Assembly (NCBI GenBank): GCA_963845065.1
Contig: CAWJQQ010000005.1
Coordinates: 160,001-224,000, forward strand
Origin: Nitrospirota bacterium
GTDB taxonomy: Bacteria; Nitrospirota; UBA9217
Length of the DNA stretch: 64,000 bases
Direction of reading: 5' to 3'
The number at the start of each line of letters is the position of its first letter. Position 1 is the stretch's first letter. Positions 1-8,872 of this stretch are shown here, piece by piece. Made by a program: the position numbers and the translations under genes. A model generated the notes under the pieces. That model was not told where the DNA came from and made no database searches. It saw only the letters and a list, made by a program, of their open reading frames with translations.

Positions 1-50
1 ATCTTCTTCGAAGGGAATTTCTCAAGCGGACACCCGGAACAGATATTGGC

Positions 51-227
51 ATGAGCGAAGAAGCTGTTACACTGCAGCCACAGTCGTCTGGCATGCCCAC
101 GATTGATAAGGATCTCATAGACGCAATGGTCCAGATAGCAAAGGACAACAGTGTTACAATGGACTGGATGATCCTGAGGGCGATCAAGGTCTATATTCAG
201 GAATATCAAAAAACGGGCAGGTTGTAA
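51..227 (+). CDS. small ribbon-helix-helix/CopG-like protein (58 aa from ATG 51; frame is open to the window edge)
   Basis: Not in ORF track; translated by hand MSEEAVTLQPQSSGMPTIDKDLIDAMVQIAKDNSVTMDWMILRAIKVYIQEYQKTGRL, with an RHH-like helix pattern. Confidence 0.4.
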   Translation: MSEEAVTLQPQSSGMPTIDKDLIDAMVQIAKDNSVTMDWMILRAIKVYIQEYQKTGRL

Positions 228-284
228 ATGAAATGGTTTTCTTGTGAACGACAAGACGAGCTCGGCGGCTTTGCACAGCAGCCT

Positions 285-1430
285 CTATTGTTTACAGTCC
301 AAGAACGTCATCACATGTTTTTTAATTTCGCGATGATGAAGCGGGATGTTAGGCACGTCTTTGTTCCCCGGGAGGGCAAGGGCGTGAATAAAAGCGGGAC
401 CCTGTCGTTGCTGTTTCATTACCTCAATTAGTTCCTTATCCGTTGTCACCTTCACTGTGTCCCTAAAACCAAACCCCCGAGCCACTTGTTCCAAATCAAC
501 GCAGGAGGACGCGAGTGTCGGCTGGTTTCCCGTTGAACCGTAGGCACCATTGTCGATCGCAATAATCGTTAAATTTTTAGGAGCTGTATAAGCCGCTGTT
601 GCCAGCGTGCCTGGGTTCATGAGCAGGCTTCCATCACCGTCGATCACGATAACCTCCTTTGGCGACGTCAGCGCAATACCGAGCCCCAAGGGTGTGGCCA
701 TGCCCATGCTCCCGAGCATGTAGAAGTTCGAAGGCTGGTGCCTGATTGCGTAGAGCTCTTTTGAGGGCCAGCCTAAATTGCACACCACGGCCTTTCCTAC
801 AAGTTGTGGCGCGATAACATTAATAACATCGTAGCGCGTAAGGGTTGGCGAAAATGCGGGATGCATTATACATGATTCAGGAAAAACAACATGTTGCTTA
901 TTGAGGATACCGGGATCCGAATCTTTCCCTTTACAATCCGATCCTTCCCATACTGCGGGACTCAGCAAAAAAGCATGAATTTTGTTGGTCTCGAAAACGT
1001 TCTGCAGCTCATGGTCCACGGTGTTGAAATCACGGCTGCTGTTTATTTCTGAATGGGGAATTTTGGCACCTGCCAGGATTTCAGGGAGGCGCTGCCCCAT
1101 TGGGAGCTGGGCCTCGATCTTCTCCTGGTAAACCCCTCTGCGGCTGACGAACAATGCCAGCGGTAACTCGTAGAATTGCGTGAGTGATAGCAGGGCGTTG
1201 ATCATATTCCCGATACCCGAGCTCTGGACGAACATGGCAGGTCGTTTACCGGCGAGCGCAGTACCGGCGCAGATGCCGACCCCTTCCTCTTCCCGGGTAA
1301 GGGGCACGTGGGTGAAGTTAGGCGCGATCATATCGAGAAGGGTCTTGATCTTCTCGCAGGGTAGGGTGGCGGTGAAGGCGACGCCTTGTTTTTTGAGTAT
1401 GGCTATGAGCTCTTCTTCAGGACGTGACAA
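285..1430 (-). CDS. comDE: sulfopyruvate decarboxylase, fused alpha/beta (ComDE), TPP-dependent
   Basis: N-terminal TLPCE..PLTREEEGVGICAG..MFVQSSGIGN (ComD) and C-terminal NFYMLGSMG..DGDGSLLMN..DNGAYGSTGNQ (ComE/TPP motif); overlaps the cysteate synthase gene. Confidence 0.88.
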   Translation of the reverse strand: MSRPEEELIAILKKQGVAFTATLPCEKIKTLLDMIAPNFTHVPLTREEEGVGICAGTALAGKRPAMFVQSSGIGNMINALLSLTQFYELPLALFVSRRGVYQEKIEAQLPMGQRLPEILAGAKIPHSEINSSRDFNTVDHELQNVFETNKIHAFLLSPAVWEGSDCKGKDSDPGILNKQHVVFPESCIMHPAFSPTLTRYDVINVIAPQLVGKAVVCNLGWPSKELYAIRHQPSNFYMLGSMGMATPLGLGIALTSPKEVIVIDGDGSLLMNPGTLATAAYTAPKNLTIIAIDNGAYGSTGNQPTLASSCVDLEQVARGFGFRDTVKVTTDKELIEVMKQQRQGPAFIHALALPGNKDVPNIPLHHREIKKHVMTFLDCKQ

Positions 1431-2662
1431 AGCAGCTCCTCGATCTCTTTCTCTGATGCTTTTTTGGAAATGAACTGCGGCATGACGGAGTAGGTCTTCC
1501 TGTGCTGCCGCAAACGGGCTTCACCGCCGCCGGTGATGTTCAGCAGGACCGTATCTTTTTTCTTTATCCTGCCTTTCTTCACTGCCGTTTTGAGCACGCC
1601 AACGGCCACGCCGGAAGCAGGAACTATATCAACTCCCTCGGTTTTGTTGAAATCATCCATGCCGGCGTATACGTCGACGTTTTCGATTCCGTACATTGCT
1701 CCACTGGACGCAGTCAGCGCATCAAAGACGCCACCGTGTACAGAATATGCAGGGTAGCGTGTGGAGAGAACTCTCGTTGTAATATGTGAGATGAGCTCCG
1801 GATTCAGGTCCTGGGGAAAGAGTGTCCGGCTACTCTTTTCCCAGGCATGGACCATCGGCACAAAAGGCAGATTCTGTCCGAGGTGAAGGGCCGGCAGCTG
1901 CGAGCCGAACCTGCCATCTTTGACGAAACGCTCGGCCATCTCCCATGCGCCGATTGCACCTGTGCCGCTGCCTACAGCCTGTACGTAATGGTCCGGAAGT
2001 TTTCCGATCTGCGAGACCGCTTCAAGCATGACGATACCGAGTCCATCGCGCTTTGCAATGTTTTTTACACCTCCTTCGAAGGGAAGCCCCAAGGTTAGGG
2101 CGATCTTCTTGGCAACGTCGATTGAGTCTGCGTAATCACCGTCGCCTACAGCAAGCGTCGGCACAGAGGTGGAGACTTCAAGGTACCACATTTCGAGGAG
2201 GCACATCTGCGGCACCACAATCACTACGGGGAAACCGCTCATTGTGGCAAGATGCGTAAAGGCGCGGGCCGTATTTCCTGCCGATGCAACAATAAGACCT
2301 TCCATGCCATTCTCCCGGGCATTCTGGATCACGATCGCCGCCTCAAATTCCTTAAATGTACATGTTTCGAGGAACGCACCCCTTTCAGGCCAATACCCAT
2401 TGAAGGCGATATACAGATTCTCGAGCCCAATCTGTTGTGCAAGACCTTCAGATCGGTACACAACAGGCCCGGGCTGTGATATATTCGGCACGTGGACAGG
2501 AAGCCAGTTAAATCTCCAAATGCCCTCTGCTGTGCTTTCAACTAACCGGGTATCACTGTATTGTGTGACCAGCAGTGAATCCTTGCAGTGTTCGCAGAAA
2601 GCACAGAAAGCATTCTCGAGGGTTTTTCCACAATTTCTGCATTGAATAGAAAAATGACTCAT
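1403..2662 (-). CDS. cysteate synthase (PLP, threonine-synthase-like, Methanosarcina MA3297 type)
   Basis: N-terminal CxxC..CxxC, AFNGYWPERGA..TCTFKE PLP lysine motif, ASAGNTARAF, EGGVKNIAKRDGLG, QAVGSGTG, LLNITGGG; adjacent to comDE. Confidence 0.88.
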   Translation of the reverse strand: MSHFSIQCRNCGKTLENAFCAFCEHCKDSLLVTQYSDTRLVESTAEGIWRFNWLPVHVPNISQPGPVVYRSEGLAQQIGLENLYIAFNGYWPERGAFLETCTFKEFEAAIVIQNARENGMEGLIVASAGNTARAFTHLATMSGFPVVIVVPQMCLLEMWYLEVSTSVPTLAVGDGDYADSIDVAKKIALTLGLPFEGGVKNIAKRDGLGIVMLEAVSQIGKLPDHYVQAVGSGTGAIGAWEMAERFVKDGRFGSQLPALHLGQNLPFVPMVHAWEKSSRTLFPQDLNPELISHITTRVLSTRYPAYSVHGGVFDALTASSGAMYGIENVDVYAGMDDFNKTEGVDIVPASGVAVGVLKTAVKKGRIKKKDTVLLNITGGGEARLRQHRKTYSVMPQFISKKASEKEIEELLCHVLKKSS

Positions 2663-2759
2663 GAATCCACCGTGTATTGCAAAACCTGGTTTAAGCGTCC
2701 CGGTTTAATAAGCATATAAAGCAAGGACGGTAAAGCTCACATTGTTCGCTGTTCGATAT

Positions 2760-3962
2760 TTAGATCAAGCTGCTTACCAGTTCCATGATGTCCGTAATCA
2801 GTATCTGATTTGTATGATCCTTCATTGCCTCGTTAACTTTAGCATAGCACGCAGGACAGCTCAAAATCAAGCGGTCTGCTTTTTTTGCCACGGCCTCGTC
2901 GATCGTCTGCCTGCCCATGGCGATAGCGTTTTCATGAAAGACTTTTCTTGCAGCGCCGCCAGAACCGCAGCACCGTGAGTTCAAGCCGTTCCGCTCGAAC
3001 TCGAGGACCGTGATGCCGGGGATGCTCCTAAGCACTGCACGCGGTTCTTCGATTACGCCTACACCACGGGAAAGGTAACAGGGGTCGTGGTAGATCACAG
3101 ACTCGTGCAGCTTCTTGCTCAAGCGCAATTTCCCATTTTGAACAGCGTCTGAGACGTATTGCGTGATATGTCGGATTTTGAACGGAAGCGCTTCTCCGTA
3201 GATCAGGGGCCAGTCCCTGGACATAATGTTCACACAGCAAGGACAAGAGCAGACAAGAACTTTGACCCCTTTTGCCTTATATCCGTTTACCAGTCTTGTA
3301 ATGAGGTCCTTGAGCTCATCATGCTGGCCCGTGATGAAGAGTGGAAAACCACAGCACACCTCGTCTTCCGGCGATAACATGGTAAAGGGGTCCCCGATGG
3401 CATGGAGGACAAGTACGTCGCCTTTAACCATGGGCTGTGCTTCGTATGCGCCGGTACATCCGGCATAATATGCGACGTCGGCGCGTTCCGCGACCTGCAC
3501 GGTCTGCGGGAACCAGGGTTGGTAGCGGTCTACGGCAAGTTTGTCATAAGGATTTCCGGAATTTCCAATCACCTTCGGCAAGTTCGCCTGGACGCCGATT
3601 GGCCCGAGGCCGCGCTTCACCATCTCTTTCCTGAGTGCTGGCCATAGCCGTTGCGTAAAGATGCCGACTGTGCAGCTCTGGCCACAAGCGCCGCAGGTCG
3701 TGCATTCAAAGACCGCCATGGCGAAGTCTTCTAACAATTTTCGGTCTACCTCGCTAGGGCCGAAAATCCTGGCTTTGAGCCCGTCGGTCGCACGGATGAA
3801 CTCGCGGAACATGCGAATCTTCTCCGGCGGTGAAATTGAAGGCTTGCCGGTCACATCCTGCACCGGGCAGTGCTTGAGGCACTCACCGCATTGGGTGCAG
3901 GCGTCGATTTCGAGGATTTGACGCGGCAAGAGTTCTTCAGCAAAGGACCGTTTATTTTTCAT
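2760..3962 (-). CDS. hdrD: heterodisulfide reductase catalytic subunit HdrD-like (2x[4Fe-4S] + two CCG domains)
   Basis: CTQCGECLKHCP and CTTCGACGQSC; CCG domains YYAGC..EVCCG..CPCC and HDPC..RCCG..CPAC; segments GLKARIFGP and KRGLGPIG..PKVIG..NPY recall Methanosarcina HdrD. Confidence 0.8.
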   Translation of the reverse strand: MKNKRSFAEELLPRQILEIDACTQCGECLKHCPVQDVTGKPSISPPEKIRMFREFIRATDGLKARIFGPSEVDRKLLEDFAMAVFECTTCGACGQSCTVGIFTQRLWPALRKEMVKRGLGPIGVQANLPKVIGNSGNPYDKLAVDRYQPWFPQTVQVAERADVAYYAGCTGAYEAQPMVKGDVLVLHAIGDPFTMLSPEDEVCCGFPLFITGQHDELKDLITRLVNGYKAKGVKVLVCSCPCCVNIMSRDWPLIYGEALPFKIRHITQYVSDAVQNGKLRLSKKLHESVIYHDPCYLSRGVGVIEEPRAVLRSIPGITVLEFERNGLNSRCCGSGGAARKVFHENAIAMGRQTIDEAVAKKADRLILSCPACYAKVNEAMKDHTNQILITDIMELVSSLI

Positions 3963-4638
3963 GGATCACCAGATGAAGCGCTAGATCCCGTTTCCTCGCT
4001 TCCAGCATAATGATCGGCGCTGTAAAAATGTGCGAAGGGAGGATGGAGACGAGGACGAGGATCAGACTGAAGTGTAGCAGAAACAGCACACTCCCGGGAA
4101 CGGCAACCGGTGAGAAGCTCATGATGCCGAGGATGAACAGCTTCACGTCAACTAGATCCGGCTTGAATAGTGCGTTCATAAGCACACCAATAGTGCTTAT
4201 GACGAGCACAAGAACGAGAAAAAACATGTTTGCCGGAGATGCATACTTCTCATGGTTGGTGCGAAGCCGGATGATAAGGATGTAAAGGAGGGTGACGGGC
4301 AGAAGGTATCCAGCGATCAAGCCAGGCGTCTGAAGAAACCATACCCAAGCGGGAATTGGATTCAGAAAAAAACGCAGATGCCGTGTGAGTACGAGGAGAA
4401 AGCTAGCATGGAAGAACCACTCGCCGATCCAAAGTGCGGGATTCACCATGAGGAGCCTTCCAAAAAAAAGGACGTCACTTGCCGCAAGCGCACACGCTTT
4501 GCCACGCGAAGGAGCGATATATAACGATGGCCCGCTAGTCTGCCTTACGGCCCGCCACCATACGAATATGTGAGCACAAAGACGTATCCAGAATGCCGCG
4601 TACACCGCGTACGCAGCCAGTATCAATATTTTTCCCAT
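3952..4638 (-). CDS. membrane b-type cytochrome, NarI/DsrM/HdrE family (start moved to ATG 4638)
   Basis: About 5 TM helices; W..FH..FL.VL.RHLRFF..P.P (DsrM-like); four His (FFH, TRH, LLH, PSH); overlaps hdrD start. Confidence 0.78.
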   Translation of the reverse strand: MGKILILAAYAVYAAFWIRLCAHIFVWWRAVRQTSGPSLYIAPSRGKACALAASDVLFFGRLLMVNPALWIGEWFFHASFLLVLTRHLRFFLNPIPAWVWFLQTPGLIAGYLLPVTLLYILIIRLRTNHEKYASPANMFFLVLVLVISTIGVLMNALFKPDLVDVKLFILGIMSFSPVAVPGSVLFLLHFSLILVLVSILPSHIFTAPIIMLEARKRDLALHLVIHEK

Positions 4639-4961
4639 GTGTTTGGGTTGTCTGCCTTTTTCGTATTGTACCATATTGGGGATATAACCGGAACGCAAAC
4701 ATCCCCACCGTATCGGTAGGAACGGCAAGAAACACTAACCTCTATTGCGGATTCCGATAGATTACAAATCATTCGTAATTTCATGGAACGACCGAAAACT
4801 ATTCAAGATCAAGGCATTTAATCTTTATAAGGGAATAAACAATTAAACTTTTTTTCTCTTTTTTTCCGATTGTCTTCACCTGTTATTCTGAATGATTTTT
4901 CCAGGCGTGCACAATGAAACGGAGTGCTCAATTTTCATTAAAAAAGCCGAGATTTTTCTGC

Positions 4962-5279
4962 CTACGCTTCCTCCATAAATACGATAGTCGCGTCCTTCGG
5001 AACGTTCAAGCCCGCCTCAACCTCGATAGCCTTCAGGATACCGGAAGGCACCAGACAAGCCGCGTGTTTTAGGTGCTTTGCCGCGGACCGGTAAACCGGA
5101 TTGCTTAAGAAACCAGCGAGTGGTGCGAAGCGGTCAAGGACAGCAATGTCGGCGAGCATTTTTTTTACCATTTCGCATTCGGTATCTAGAGAGAGGGACA
5201 TTTTGCCGCCCTTGCTTTTTTCTGCTTTGATCGTAACGGTATACCCGCATGCTCCTGAGTGTATGATTAGCTTCGTCAT
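4962..5279 (-). CDS. small Cys-containing conserved protein (DUF6951-like)
   Basis: GACG, TEC, H.AC.VP..ILKAIEVEAGL pattern recalled from proteins found in corrinoid methyltransferase clusters. Confidence 0.55.
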   Translation of the reverse strand: MTKLIIHSGACGYTVTIKAEKSKGGKMSLSLDTECEMVKKMLADIAVLDRFAPLAGFLSNPVYRSAAKHLKHAACLVPSGILKAIEVEAGLNVPKDATIVFMEEA

Positions 5280-5438
5280 GATCGTTTTCCCTTCTTACTC
5301 CTTCACACCCATTATCACCATGAGGGATTTTAGGTGATAATTTCAAACAAAAGGTACGAAACCGCAGAGGTACAGCACCCATAGAAAAAATCCTGACAAT
5401 TCTTACGTTTTCTTACCTGTTTCTTTGAGGTGCTTCTT

Positions 5439-7415
5439 TCATGCTTTTATCTCTACCATACTCTTTGACTTTTCAAGCAGCTCCTTCAGGTTCGGGAACT
5501 TGTCCTTCATGTGCGGGATATGCATCGCCTGCATGAATTCTTTTTCAAATGCAGGATCCGTCGCGATTTCTACGAACTCCACCCAGCGCGCTCGATCGTT
5601 CGCCTCGCGACGTTTGTGCCTGTTCAAAAGCGCTATTCGCGAACCGTCACCTGCAGCGTTACCCACGGCGTAGACCATGTCGATGGGGCAGTCCGGGAAC
5701 ATGCCAAGCGTGAGCGAGGCCACTTTGTCAATGTGGCTCCCGAAGGCGCCTGCCAGGATCACGCGGTCGAGCTTGGTAATGCCAAGCCGCTTCATCATCA
5801 GCTTTGCGCCTGCGTATAGCGCCCCTTTGGCAAGCTGGAGCGCCCGCACGTCAGCCTGGGTGACGGTGATGTCATGGCCGATGGATGTCTCCGTAGCCCA
5901 AGCGAGCACGTACTCCGGTTTGCCGTCAGCGTCCTTTCTGACCCGATTCGTGCCGAGGTCCATGACAAACCTGCCGCTTTTGTCAATGATGCCAGCTTTG
6001 AACATTTCCGCCACAACGCCGATGATGCCCGAACCGCAGAGGCCCTTAGCGTTCACCTGCTGGATATGGGTATGCCAGTCCGCCTTGCCAATGACCTTGT
6101 ATCGTGGCTCCTTGGTTGCAGGATCAATCTCGACGGTTTCGATAGCGCCCGGTGCTGCACGCATCCCGAACTTGATCTGAGCACCTTCGAAGGCCGGACC
6201 GGTGGCACAGGATGTGGAGCAGACCTTATTACGGTTGCCCATGAGTAGCTCACCGTTCGTGCCGATGTCTATAATCAAAACCATCTCGTCCTGGTTGTAG
6301 GGTTCTTCCGCGATCAGGACGCCCACATTGTCCGCGCCCACGAAGCCCGCTTCAATGGGCAGCACGTGGATGTAGGAAGCGGGGTTGATCCGCAGTCCCA
6401 GGTCGCGCGCCTTGATATCGAGCGAGTTCTGGACCGCGGGGATGAAAGGCGAACGGCCGATGTATTCGGGGTTAAGTCCAAGGAAAATATGGTGCATGGC
6501 CGTATTGAAAACGATCGTCAGGTCGTTGATAATATATCCAGGATTAGGCCCGTCTTTTGTGATATCCGTGACTACCCGCTCGATTATCTCATTCAGGCCC
6601 TGGATGATCGCTCTTTGCATGGTCTCGAGGCCGCTGGGATTGCTCATGGCGTAGGTAATCCGCGACATAACGTCCTCACCGTAGGGAACCTGGGGGTTCA
6701 TCATGGATTCGGTGCTCACGACCTTGCCTGTGTTCAGGTCCGTCAAATATCCCACGCAGGTCGTAGTGCCCACGTCCACGGCAAGACCATAACTGGCATC
6801 AACGAACCCCGGCTCAACCTTGATTATTTCCTTGTCCATCCAGACCGTGACCGTGGCTTTCCATTCACCTTTCCGCAACACGCCCTGGAGGTCCCGCAGG
6901 ACCAGAAAATCAAAGGTAAGACCTCTGAGTCCATAATCGTCCTCGAGGAATTTGAGCACACGCTCCCAGTCGCCCGTGGTCATATCGTGAAGTGACGGGG
7001 GCACAAGTTCGAGATTGTACTTCTTTACCGCCGGATCGAGCTTTATCGTGAGCTCCTTGGCCGCTTTACGCACAACCTGCTTGCCCGCGCGAGAGCGTTC
7101 GGGAACAAAAACCTTGATGTCACCATGCACCTCGGCCGTGCAGGACAAACGGATGCCCGGTCCGTCATCGGGTTTGATGTGCTTCTTCTCAGCTTCGGAA
7201 AGCAGCGAAAGGTGGGCCATGCCTGATTCTATATTGTCCTTTTCGAAATACCCCTCTTCGATCCTGACCTTGCACTTGCCGCAGACCTTTTTGTTTCCAC
7301 AAAGCGCTTCTATGTCGACACCCAGGGATTGTGCCGCTTCAAGGATGGTCTTGCCATCCTCTACTTCACCGCGACTGCCCGAGGGCTGGAATATTACCTT
7401 GTGTTTCTTAATCAT
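5439..7415 (-). CDS. ATP-dependent reductive activator of corrinoid proteins (RACo/RamA-type; N-terminal [2Fe-2S] + ASKHA)
   Basis: CGNKKVCGKC..RLSC ferredoxin; AVDVGTTT, YGEDVMSRI, IDIGTNGE, ATGPAFEG, LAGAFG, VGNAAG; AGGAGG before ATG 7415. Confidence 0.9.
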   Translation of the reverse strand: MIKKHKVIFQPSGSRGEVEDGKTILEAAQSLGVDIEALCGNKKVCGKCKVRIEEGYFEKDNIESGMAHLSLLSEAEKKHIKPDDGPGIRLSCTAEVHGDIKVFVPERSRAGKQVVRKAAKELTIKLDPAVKKYNLELVPPSLHDMTTGDWERVLKFLEDDYGLRGLTFDFLVLRDLQGVLRKGEWKATVTVWMDKEIIKVEPGFVDASYGLAVDVGTTTCVGYLTDLNTGKVVSTESMMNPQVPYGEDVMSRITYAMSNPSGLETMQRAIIQGLNEIIERVVTDITKDGPNPGYIINDLTIVFNTAMHHIFLGLNPEYIGRSPFIPAVQNSLDIKARDLGLRINPASYIHVLPIEAGFVGADNVGVLIAEEPYNQDEMVLIIDIGTNGELLMGNRNKVCSTSCATGPAFEGAQIKFGMRAAPGAIETVEIDPATKEPRYKVIGKADWHTHIQQVNAKGLCGSGIIGVVAEMFKAGIIDKSGRFVMDLGTNRVRKDADGKPEYVLAWATETSIGHDITVTQADVRALQLAKGALYAGAKLMMKRLGITKLDRVILAGAFGSHIDKVASLTLGMFPDCPIDMVYAVGNAAGDGSRIALLNRHKRREANDRARWVEFVEIATDPAFEKEFMQAMHIPHMKDKFPNLKELLEKSKSMVEIKA

Positions 7416-7511
7416 GCACTTCCTCCTGAAATCAAAAAAGCAAGACACGAAAATAACGGATGGATACGAATAGACCGCAGAGGCAAGCCGCGCGAATGAC
7501 TAATGCTAACA

Positions 7512-8180
7512 TCATTCAAGGGAGGCCTTTTCTTCTTCTAAATTCTGCGAAACTGATTCTCTTCTCCCATAGGGGCAGATATTGATGCACAACCCGCAGT
7601 TGGGTTTGCCGTCCGTGGCCCGTTTAGTCGCCTTGTGGCTTCTACAGGTTTTGAGTTTCACTAGTTCGATAAAGGGCGAGGAGCGGGACCATTCCGCACC
7701 AGTGATAGCCTGAGACGGGCAGTACTGCACGCAGAGCGTACAGTCACCGCACAGGCTGAGTTCCATGGGCCTATCCGGCTCGAGCGGCGCATCGGTCAGC
7801 ACGGTGACTAGAGAAAGCCGGGGCCCGTAGTCAGGGCTGATGAGAAGGCCGTTCTTCCCGATCCACCCAATTCCTGCAGAGGTCGCAGCCATTTTGTGAG
7901 TAAAGAGCGAGTACAGTTTTGAAATGAAGGTCCCTTTTTGCCGGTCCGAGTCAGGCGGGATGGCCAGCGTACGATAGCCCCGGGATTTGAGGAACAGAAC
8001 AGCGCGCTTTTGGAGCTTCATGAGCTGGCTCAGTGTGTCCTCATTAAGCCGCCGGTCCACTCCGATGGATACGGCAATCTCTAGGTGCGCCAGTTCACCA
8101 CTCATATGCCCCCGGAGGCTGGCGACGCCGACAACGTTGGCGCCAAGGCCCAGCAGTTGATGTCGAAGATCGACCTTCAT
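7512..8180 (-). CDS. QueG/reductive-dehalogenase-like 2x[4Fe-4S] protein (possibly cobamide-binding)
   Basis: HKMAATSAGIGWIGKNGLLISPDYGPR..VLTD; CGDCTLCVQYCP and CGLCINICP; start overlaps corrinoid gene stop. Confidence 0.75.
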   Translation of the reverse strand: MKVDLRHQLLGLGANVVGVASLRGHMSGELAHLEIAVSIGVDRRLNEDTLSQLMKLQKRAVLFLKSRGYRTLAIPPDSDRQKGTFISKLYSLFTHKMAATSAGIGWIGKNGLLISPDYGPRLSLVTVLTDAPLEPDRPMELSLCGDCTLCVQYCPSQAITGAEWSRSSPFIELVKLKTCRSHKATKRATDGKPNCGLCINICPYGRRESVSQNLEEEKASLE

Positions 8181-8869
8181 TTCGATTTCTTTGCTTCTAC
8201 CTCATCCTTCATCTTTTTGAGCGAAGCGACCATATTGATTGCGTCCTTCAGGGCGTTGGTAGCGTCCTTCGCATAACCGTCGGCCCCGTACTTCTCGGCA
8301 ACGTCCTGAGACACGGGCGCGCCGCCAATCATTATCTTGACATTGGGATTCTTGGTCCGGAGGTCATCGATCACCTTTTTCATTCCTGTCATGGTTGTGG
8401 TCATCATGGCAGACAGACAGACAAGGTCGGAATCGGTCCTAAGCTGTTCCTGGACGAACTTGTCCAGCGGTACGTCGCGGCCAAGGTCATAGACCGTAAA
8501 GCCGGCCACGTCGAACATCATTTTCACGATGTTCTTACCGATGTCGTGAACGTCACCCTCCACGGTTCCGATCACCACCGAGCCCTTGACCCCGAGGTCC
8601 AGTTGTGTCACGTGCGGTTTCAGGATGTCCAGGCCAGCATAGAGCGCGTCAGCGCACATAAGCAGCTCCGGTACGAAGTACTCCTGGGCCTCGAACATAC
8701 GGCCCACCTCCACCATGCCTGAGACAAGGCCGTTGAATATCGCGTCATTCGCGTCCATGCCAACGTTCAAGGCTTCATTAGCAGCCTCTTTTGCTGTGTC
8801 TTCGTCGTACTGGATTACAGCGTTCCGTAGTTTTTCCAACAACGCTTTTTTCTTCTCATCCGTTACCAT
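8177..8869 (-). CDS. methyltransferase cognate corrinoid protein (MtaC/MtbC family)
   Basis: Cap domain YFVPELL; B12 motif GDVHDIGKNIV..SAMMTTT..IMIGGA. Confidence 0.93.
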   Translation of the reverse strand: MVTDEKKKALLEKLRNAVIQYDEDTAKEAANEALNVGMDANDAIFNGLVSGMVEVGRMFEAQEYFVPELLMCADALYAGLDILKPHVTQLDLGVKGSVVIGTVEGDVHDIGKNIVKMMFDVAGFTVYDLGRDVPLDKFVQEQLRTDSDLVCLSAMMTTTMTGMKKVIDDLRTKNPNVKIMIGGAPVSQDVAEKYGADGYAKDATNALKDAINMVASLKKMKDEVEAKKSK

Positions 8870-8872
8870 GGA

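Noticed and set aside
7512..8180. Respiratory reductive dehalogenase RdhA
   Set aside because: Only 222 aa, no Tat signal and no rdhB anchor
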